Origin: a virus
Taxonomy: Duplodnaviria > Caudoviricetes
Direction: 5' to 3' (one strand)
DNA length: 44,308 nucleotides
Virus record (IMG/VR): IMGVR_UViG_3300031902_000015
Coordinates: 1-44,308 of that record
Shown: positions 20,199 through 27,037 of the stretch, one piece after another
How positions within the stretch are numbered: position 1 is the first letter of the stretch
Layout of the letters: each line of letters opens with the position of its first letter
The notes under the pieces: model-generated
What the model was told of the DNA's origin: nothing
What the model saw: the letters and a program-made list of their open reading frames with translations, nothing else
Database searches by the model: none
Position numbers and translations under genes: made by a program

Positions 20199-22551
20199 AG
20201 ATCAGCCCCAGTTCCTTGGACAGCCGCGTCAGCGCGACGTGCTCCGGTATAGGTTTCGAGCGGTCACGGCCCGCCCGGACGTTGTCCCTGCCGATCCCTT
20301 CCTGCATCGTGCGCAGCGCCCGGCCTACTTCGAGCTGCTGAGGCCAGCTTTCGCCGGGCCCGGGTCGCATGGTGTGCACGTACTTCGGCGTCACGGCGCG
20401 CAGCTCGCGCAGATCGAGCTGATACGCGAACTCCATGTCCGTCAGCGAGATCACGGAGCCGTTCGGATGGTTGTGTGTGTACGTCACGTCCTTGCCACGC
20501 ATCGCCGCCATCTGTTCAGCCGTGTGGTAGACGCTGGTCGCGTTGCCAACGACGCCGCGCTCGCCGAACATCGCCGTGCCGTCGGGTAGCAGCGCGAGCC
20601 CGTGCTCGATGTGATCGCCCGCGTGCGCGGCCTCGAAGTCCGTGAGCTTCTTCTGAACCTCGGCGCTGTGGCCGCCGGTCCATTGATTGCCCCTGAACTC
20701 GTGGCCGGGTAGATCGCCCTTCTCGACGATTGTCCTGACAGTCGTGATGCGGACCAGACCGTTGTGGCCGTTGTCCCACAGCACTCTTACCTGATGAAGA
20801 GAGCGATGCGGGAGGACGCGCTGGACAGTGCCCTTCATCCCACCAGACGAAACGACACGGTCACCGACCTTCGCCCATTCACTTCTTGGCGTTGACGTCC
20901 ACTGGTTTCCGCGGAATTCGTGCCCCGGCAAATCACCTTTACCGAAGCCCTCGCGGTCGCGCGTGACGAGGTCGCGAATCATCGCCGAGGTGACTGGCTT
21001 CGAGCCGACGACGCGTGATGCGGGCACCTTGCCGGATGACCGCACCCATGGGCCCTTCGAGTTCGCCTGCGTGAGCGGATCGGACGTGTCGATCTTCCAC
21101 TTGTCCCGCGCGCCCGTCTTCATCTCGACGATGGAGATCTTGCCAGTGCCCATGCCCTGATTGAATTCCCAATCCATCTTGCCAGCCCAGCGAACCGCGT
21201 CATCCTCGTGCGTGAACGCGAACACATCACCATCGCCGTAGCGCTCTTTGTTCCCAGCCTGTACCCAGTTCGTGTCCTGCATCGGCAGCAGACCGCGGGC
21301 CTCGATCTCTTTCGCCGTCTCGGTACGCGTGACGTGGTAGATCGAGGTGCCAGCGCCGGGCGTCCACTGGTTTCCGTGGAATTCGTGGCCCGGCAGATCG
21401 CCTTTCTTCACTGGCATCGGCGCATCACACACGACTAGATAGATGCGGCCATCCTTATCAGATTTCGCAAGGCGCTGCCACTTGCCGTCGACCACGCGCG
21501 AGCGCACATGAATCCAGCTCGCCGGGATGTCGCGATTGACCTCCAGCACCGTTGCGGGCTGGCCCTCTATGAAGTCCTTCGTCGCTCGAATGACCGTGTC
21601 GCGACGCGCCGACTCGGGTAGCTGAATCTCGAACACGACCGCGTTGTAGGGCGGGACTCCCGGCCTCGTGTCGTCGTGGCTGCCGCGGTCCTCGGCGTAG
21701 CGCTCCGCGAGACGCAGACTGCGCGTGGTGAACACCGGGTTCGGCATCTTCACGTCGGCGCGCTTCAATCCCTGCCGCGTGATCTGCGTCTCGAACTCCT
21801 GCGCGGTGCCATGGAACACGGTCGTGTCGCCGTGTCCGCCGTCGACCCACTGGTTCCCGCGGAAGTCATGGCCCGGCAGATCGCCCTTGCTGAAATCCGC
21901 GTGCTCGGCCAACCCGACGCGCTCATAACCCTTGAAGCGGCCGAGATTGCTGCCAACCGCATCCGCCAGATCCCCCGGACTGATCGCCGCGCCCTCGGTC
22001 AGTTTCCACTTCTTGCTGAATCCTGCCTTTTCGAGCGCGTCGTGCATGTCCTTGTGAAGGCCCGCGCCCGCCGGGAACGCGACGTCGACGTTCGGACCTT
22101 CGAGCGTGCGCAGATCGTAACCGCCTTCGCCGCCGTGATCGGCCTCGTACTCGCGGACCACATCGGCATAGCGCTGGGCATCTTCCACCGACACGGGCGA
22201 CACGAGGATCGGGATGTTGCCCTTCAGCAGCCCCGTCATCTGATTGCCCTGCGGGCCGCGGCCCTTGATGTCGTTTATGCCCGGCTGCAGCGCGTCGCCC
22301 TTGCCCTTGCGTTCCTTGCGCGCTTCGCGGATCGCATCCTTGATCGCGCTGTGATCGACAGAGGGCGACGACTCGGACGTCCCCTCGTCGCCGTCCCACC
22401 GGCCTTCTTCGTCGCGAGACTGGTCGGGATTGAACTCCTTCGCCAGATCGTCCGCGTCATCATCGAAGTAGTTCTCTGGCAGCCCGAAGCCGAGCGCCAT
22501 CGCATGGCGTTCTTCGCGAGTCTGCATCTCTGGCATCAGGTAGGAAGTCAC
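20179..22551 (-). CDS. Multi-domain tagged polyprotein: unknown, ART-like, ART-like, SH3-like, JAB
   Basis: VFHGT..GL..VFTT; IYHVT..GLLP; KVGDRV..KGTV..VLWDNG; THNHPNGSVISLTD; each domain follows a tag. Confidence 0.85.
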   Translation of the reverse strand: MTSYLMPEMQTREERHAMALGFGLPENYFDDDADDLAKEFNPDQSRDEEGRWDGDEGTSESSPSVDHSAIKDAIREARKERKGKGDALQPGINDIKGRGPQGNQMTGLLKGNIPILVSPVSVEDAQRYADVVREYEADHGGEGGYDLRTLEGPNVDVAFPAGAGLHKDMHDALEKAGFSKKWKLTEGAAISPGDLADAVGSNLGRFKGYERVGLAEHADFSKGDLPGHDFRGNQWVDGGHGDTTVFHGTAQEFETQITRQGLKRADVKMPNPVFTTRSLRLAERYAEDRGSHDDTRPGVPPYNAVVFEIQLPESARRDTVIRATKDFIEGQPATVLEVNRDIPASWIHVRSRVVDGKWQRLAKSDKDGRIYLVVCDAPMPVKKGDLPGHEFHGNQWTPGAGTSIYHVTRTETAKEIEARGLLPMQDTNWVQAGNKERYGDGDVFAFTHEDDAVRWAGKMDWEFNQGMGTGKISIVEMKTGARDKWKIDTSDPLTQANSKGPWVRSSGKVPASRVVGSKPVTSAMIRDLVTRDREGFGKGDLPGHEFRGNQWTSTPRSEWAKVGDRVVSSGGMKGTVQRVLPHRSLHQVRVLWDNGHNGLVRITTVRTIVEKGDLPGHEFRGNQWTGGHSAEVQKKLTDFEAAHAGDHIEHGLALLPDGTAMFGERGVVGNATSVYHTAEQMAAMRGKDVTYTHNHPNGSVISLTDMEFAYQLDLRELRAVTPKYVHTMRPGPGESWPQQLEVGRALRTMQEGIGRDNVRAGRDRSKPIPEHVALTRLSKELGLIYARKKR

Positions 22552-23063
22552 AGCTTCGGCCCTCCGAGGTCAGAGTAGACCCGCATCACGTCCGCATCGA
22601 AGCTGCGACCCGCGCGCGTGGCCGCGTAGACCTCCGCCACGTACTCCTGCCCGTTGGTGCCTGCATATCTGCTCACCTTTGCGGCAGTCGTCTTGAAGTA
22701 CGGGTTGCTGTTGCCATTCGTGTTGGTGCGGTACGAATCCTTGTCGATGCCACCGCCGCGCTTCGACAGCACATGGCCCAGCTCGTGGTAGACGATGTGA
22801 TTGGGGTCGGGCGATGACTGCCAACCTGCGTCGAACGCCTTCTGCTGATATTCGACCATGTTCTTCCACACGGCCGAGGACTTCCGGTTCGTGTTTACGA
22901 GGATCCCGTTCCCGTTGGCGATTGCTAGGACGTTGCTGTCCAGCGTGCGCTTCTCGATGGGCACGCCGTCGATCTCGCTCGGCATCGTCTTCAGCGAGCT
23001 GAAGTTGCCACCGCTATCCCAGCGTCCGTGATCATCGCGGGACTGGTCCGGGTTGAATTCCTT
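22396..23063 (-). repeat. Two copies of a second coding tag KEFNPDQSRDxxGRW
   Basis: 22396-22440 (KEFNPDQSRDEEGRW) and 23019-23063 (KEFNPDQSRDDHGRW). Confidence 0.9.
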
Positions 23064-25598
23064 GCGGACGTCATCGCGCTTCGTGACCTTCGCGCCGATG
23101 CTGTAGCGGATGCGGTAGTCATCCTTGAGCGTCGCCCAGTGCCCGGGATGGATCTCCCACGGCATCACGTCGACCGCGTACACGCGCATGTCGCGCTGCC
23201 GTAGCCCGCGGTCGTGCGCTGAAAAGCGCCGCGCCTCGCGCTCGGACGTCGCGAGCTGCGAGCCCGCGCGCAGCGAGTCGATCTGCATGTTTGGCGAGCC
23301 GTGATAGAAGTGATACGAGCCGTTCAGGTTCTGCGCGACCTTGCTGTTCGTGAGCCACTCGGTCGTGACTTGCTCTTCAGTCATCCCGCGCGCGAACGCG
23401 TTCGTGCTCGGCTGCGTCCATGAATCCGGCGGCGTCCTGCGAGAGTCCGAGATCCCGCCGCCCGTGTATTGGTTCCCGTGGAATTCGTGCCCAGCGACAT
23501 CGCCTTTCGTAACGTCCGGGGACGTCAGATCGTATGAGCCGACGTTCCCGACCGCGGACTTCACTTGGCGCGAGCTGAAAACGATGTAGTGCGTCGTGTC
23601 GCGGTTGACGCCGACCATCGGCTTCGTGCGACCGCTTTCAGAACCCCACTTCTTCGATACGGTATGGTCGATGATGCCGTCGTAGCCCGTTTTCACAAGT
23701 GCTTGGCGCACGACCTCGTTGCCGATCAGACGGCCGGTGCTCGAATCTTCAACATACTGCGCGGCTTCCTTGCCCATGGAGATCATCTTCTCGGCCGTGG
23801 CGCCACCATCGAAGGCCACATCCATCATGCTGCTGAGTTTGGCCCGCGCCTCTGTCTGCGACGCGTCGCTTGCATCCATCCCCGCGCGCACGGCCGCTAC
23901 GAATTTCAATCCCTGCTTCTCGTCCATGTACGTCGGATTGTCACCGCCAAGCACGACAGGATTCACCATGCGCGCGTAGAGCGGCATCACGTTCGCTTGC
24001 CGCCCGTTCAGTTCTGTTGACGCTTGATCCAACGCGCGCTGATCGCGGAAATCCCATTCGTTCTCCGACGCTATCTGCTCCGCACGCAATTCGATTCGAT
24101 TGGTTAGATCCGGGCCCTCCCCCGCATAGTTCGCGCTCGCGTCCTCCGGGTTGTCCGTGAGATAGATCCCGGCGCCGTGGTCCGCGTCCTGCTGTCCTTG
24201 CTTGGGCTGAAACTCGGCGATGTCGTGCGTCGTGCCGTGAAAGACGACCAGCGGATGGCCGATCTCATCGACCACTTTTGAATCGCCGAACCAAGCCTTG
24301 AACTCGGGCGACCCGGTGCCGCCAGTCCACTGGTTCCCTCTAAATTCGTGGCCCGGCAGATCGCCCTTCTGCACGGCCGAATCCATATCGACGATCACCT
24401 TCGCAGGGATCGACTTGTAGCCCATGCTGGCCAACGCGCGCAGCCGATGCTGGCCTTCGAGCACGGCCCAGTTCCCATTGGCGAAGAGCCCGACGTGCAA
24501 CGGCGCAATCTTGCCGCTCGCGCGAATGGCGACAGCAAGCGCCGAGATGCGCGCCTGCTCCTTCGCTCCTGAATAGAGCGGATCGTTGTAGGTCAGGGCC
24601 CCGTCATCCGCAGGGACGGGCTCGACCGGCATTTCACGCACGCCGGGAGCTACTTCGCTGTCCTCGAAGTTCGAGCTTGCGACCTCGTGTACGTCATCGG
24701 TCTCCGTAGTGAGTTCGAGATCTTGGAACTCCGAGATCCGCGGCATCGTATCGAGCACCGCTTGCTGATCCGGGGTCGCGTCCTGATACCACGCGCCTGT
24801 CGGCTTCGGCGGATCCGGCGGGTGCTCGATGTCGCCGCCATGCCAGCCGGGCTTCTCGCCGCCGGTCGATGCGAGGTCTTGCTGCCCGCCATTGCCGGTC
24901 CACTGATTCCCCCGGAAGTCGTGTCCGGGGAGGTCACCTTTCGTCACGGGCGGCGCGAACCAGTTCTTGCTGTGCCCCTTCAGGTCCGCGAGGATCTGCG
25001 CATCGGGCGTGCTCAGCGGCCACTTGCCCGCGCGACTCAATCGGGACGTGTCGTTGACCGCGATCTCTGTGCTGCCAATCGGCAGCGGCTCCGTGACGAA
25101 CGGGACCGTGTTCTTCTCGCGCTGATCCTGTGCCCATGACGTGCGCGGCAGCGCTGCGTACGCCGCGGACCGCTCGGGCCCGACCGGCAAGGCGTTGGCT
25201 GCTGCGTAACGGACCGACAACGCGCGGTCTTCGGGCATTCGCAAATTCTCGTTGAACATCTGGCCGAGCTGAAGCACGTCGCCCGGCTTCATCTCGACCT
25301 CGAAGGCATGGAGCGTTGGGTCGCTGCCTCCGTATTTCTCTGCGTAGATGCGCGCGTACGGGAGCGCGGCTTTCGCTTCTTCCTCGGTCGCGGCGACGTA
25401 GCCGTAGATGCCATTTCCCAGCGGTCGAAGAATCTGCGACGACCCGCCTCCCTCGCCTGTTCCGACGGAGAGCTTGTCTGGCACGTCGAAGTTGTGCCCG
25501 CCGTGGATGATGATGTACTTCTGGCTGTAGCCGCCGTCAGTCCACTGGTTGCCGTGAAACTCATGACCCGGAAGATCACCTTTCGCTAGATTCCGCAT
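22548..25598 (-). CDS. Multi-domain tagged polyprotein: ART-like, ParB-like, ART-PolyVal-like, ART-like, zincin metallopeptidase
   Basis: IHGG..GTGEG..GIY; EGQHR; WFGDSKVVD..VFHGT..GYDGII..VF..QVKSA; FYHGS; HELGH..SRYA..EYVAE; start trimmed to MRNLAK. Confidence 0.85.
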   Translation of the reverse strand: MRNLAKGDLPGHEFHGNQWTDGGYSQKYIIIHGGHNFDVPDKLSVGTGEGGGSSQILRPLGNGIYGYVAATEEEAKAALPYARIYAEKYGGSDPTLHAFEVEMKPGDVLQLGQMFNENLRMPEDRALSVRYAAANALPVGPERSAAYAALPRTSWAQDQREKNTVPFVTEPLPIGSTEIAVNDTSRLSRAGKWPLSTPDAQILADLKGHSKNWFAPPVTKGDLPGHDFRGNQWTGNGGQQDLASTGGEKPGWHGGDIEHPPDPPKPTGAWYQDATPDQQAVLDTMPRISEFQDLELTTETDDVHEVASSNFEDSEVAPGVREMPVEPVPADDGALTYNDPLYSGAKEQARISALAVAIRASGKIAPLHVGLFANGNWAVLEGQHRLRALASMGYKSIPAKVIVDMDSAVQKGDLPGHEFRGNQWTGGTGSPEFKAWFGDSKVVDEIGHPLVVFHGTTHDIAEFQPKQGQQDADHGAGIYLTDNPEDASANYAGEGPDLTNRIELRAEQIASENEWDFRDQRALDQASTELNGRQANVMPLYARMVNPVVLGGDNPTYMDEKQGLKFVAAVRAGMDASDASQTEARAKLSSMMDVAFDGGATAEKMISMGKEAAQYVEDSSTGRLIGNEVVRQALVKTGYDGIIDHTVSKKWGSESGRTKPMVGVNRDTTHYIVFSSRQVKSAVGNVGSYDLTSPDVTKGDVAGHEFHGNQYTGGGISDSRRTPPDSWTQPSTNAFARGMTEEQVTTEWLTNSKVAQNLNGSYHFYHGSPNMQIDSLRAGSQLATSEREARRFSAHDRGLRQRDMRVYAVDVMPWEIHPGHWATLKDDYRIRYSIGAKVTKRDDVRKEFNPDQSRDDHGRWDSGGNFSSLKTMPSEIDGVPIEKRTLDSNVLAIANGNGILVNTNRKSSAVWKNMVEYQQKAFDAGWQSSPDPNHIVYHELGHVLSKRGGGIDKDSYRTNTNGNSNPYFKTTAAKVSRYAGTNGQEYVAEVYAATRAGRSFDADVMRVYSDLGGPKL

Positions 25599-27037
25599 AC
25601 CAGCGCCTTGCCTACTGCGCGCTGCGCGATCCCCCACTTCGCGGCGAAGGCGTTCGCTTCCTTGAGTGCGGGAATGACCGTGGTCCCGGTGCGGTAGACC
25701 TTGATGCTCATCGACTTGCCGGAGGCGTACTCACTCGCCACGGCCGCCGCCCAGTAGTGGTGACCGTCGATGATGTAGTTGTCCTTGGTGACCCAGATGC
25801 GGCGATCCTTCATCTCGCCAGCCGCCATCTTCGCCATGATCGCCGCAACCTTCACGCCGTCCAGCTCGCGCTGCGATGGGCGCAGGTACGCGGGGTCTTC
25901 CTTCTCCTTGCTGACGCCGTCGTTCTTGCCCAAGTGATGGGCGAACTGATCATTGAGATCTATCTCGCCCTTCTTGTCCTTCGGCAGCGCGTCCCCGCGT
26001 GATCCCGGCGTCGGCTTGCCCGACAACTGCGGCATGTCGAGGCGCGCGATCCCCATGCTCCCGGCGCAGAACAGGTTCGTGTTTTGCACCGACACATGGC
26101 ACAGGTCATAGACCTTCTTCTCGCCGCTCTGCGCTTCCTTGCCGATGGCGGCCAAGCGATCCATGAAGACGGCAACTTCGCGCGGCTGGTCGAGCACGAC
26201 ATCCTTGCCCTCGCCCACGAGCTTCACGGCGAGATCGAGATTCCCTTCGACGTGGTAGCGGCCTTGAGCATCTGGCTTGCCATCGCCGCCGCCTTCGGTC
26301 CACTGATTGCCATGGAACTCATGACCGACGACGTCGCCCTTGGCTACTCCGTCTTCGGCTGCGTCGGCTGCAGCGCCATCAGTTCCGCGATCTCCTCCTC
26401 CGTCGCCGGGCGCCCCGAGATCTGCTCGAACAACTTCAGCACGTTTTCTGGCTTCTTCGCCTCCGCGCCCGTCATCAGCGTGAAGACCACCGGATTCTGA
26501 TCCGTCTTGTTTGACATAGCGGGCTCGCGCCTCCGGCTTGATTGAGACCTCGGACATCGTCTTGAAGCTGAACGCAGCAATCTGATTATGCTTCATGCCG
26601 ATCTTGATCGCACTCGCGCGCGACTTCGTGAGCACGACGACATCGAGGAAGATCCGGCCGCTAACCTTGTCGTGCCACGTCCCGAACGAATTCTTCGGGT
26701 CATCGAGCAGATCGGCATTCTTCTCGATGAACTTGTGCAGCATCGCCGGGGTCGTCTGCTTGACCGTGTGGTTCGTCCCGCGCTCAGGGTATGCGCTCAC
26801 CGAGAACACGTTGTCGCCGGGCTTCGGCGATTCGTGCGTGTGCGGCTGGTACGTCAGCCCCTGATTCTTGATCGTGCGCGCGAGCATCCCGCGGTCGGTC
26901 ATGCCACCGCCGCCGTCCTGCCACTGATTGCCGTGGAACTCGTGACCCGCGACGTCGCCCTTCTCGATGAGCGCCCTAATACCAGCCTGCAGACGTGGGC
27001 TTATAGGGCCAGTGAAAGGGACCCATGCTGCCCGCAT
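25586..27037 (-). CDS. Tagged polyprotein: SAM-lyase-like domain plus ParB/Srx-like domain
   Basis: GTWHD..IFLDV..AIKIG..HNQIAAF; LRPSQRE..IIDGHHYWAA; start at MRAAW uncertain. Confidence 0.8.
   Translation of the reverse strand: MRAAWVPFTGPISPRLQAGIRALIEKGDVAGHEFHGNQWQDGGGGMTDRGMLARTIKNQGLTYQPHTHESPKPGDNVFSVSAYPERGTNHTVKQTTPAMLHKFIEKNADLLDDPKNSFGTWHDKVSGRIFLDVVVLTKSRASAIKIGMKHNQIAAFSFKTMSEVSIKPEARARYVKQDGSESGGLHADDGRGGEEARKRAEVVRADLGAPGDGGGDRGTDGAAADAAEDGVAKGDVVGHEFHGNQWTEGGGDGKPDAQGRYHVEGNLDLAVKLVGEGKDVVLDQPREVAVFMDRLAAIGKEAQSGEKKVYDLCHVSVQNTNLFCAGSMGIARLDMPQLSGKPTPGSRGDALPKDKKGEIDLNDQFAHHLGKNDGVSKEKEDPAYLRPSQRELDGVKVAAIMAKMAAGEMKDRRIWVTKDNYIIDGHHYWAAAVASEYASGKSMSIKVYRTGTTVIPALKEANAFAAKWGIAQRAVGKALVCGI
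26344..26517 (-). CDS. Nested alternative-frame small protein (57 aa)
   Basis: MSNKTDQNPVVFTLMTGAEAKKPENVLKLFEQISGRPATEEEIAELMAL...; fills the low-complexity linker of the host ORF. Confidence 0.55.
   Translation of the reverse strand: MSNKTDQNPVVFTLMTGAEAKKPENVLKLFEQISGRPATEEEIAELMALQPTQPKTE

Noticed and set aside
22230-22310. KGDALQPG...GPQGNQMTG as a 15th tag copy
   Set aside because: Lacks the GHxF core and has the wrong spacing; may be chance or a decayed copy
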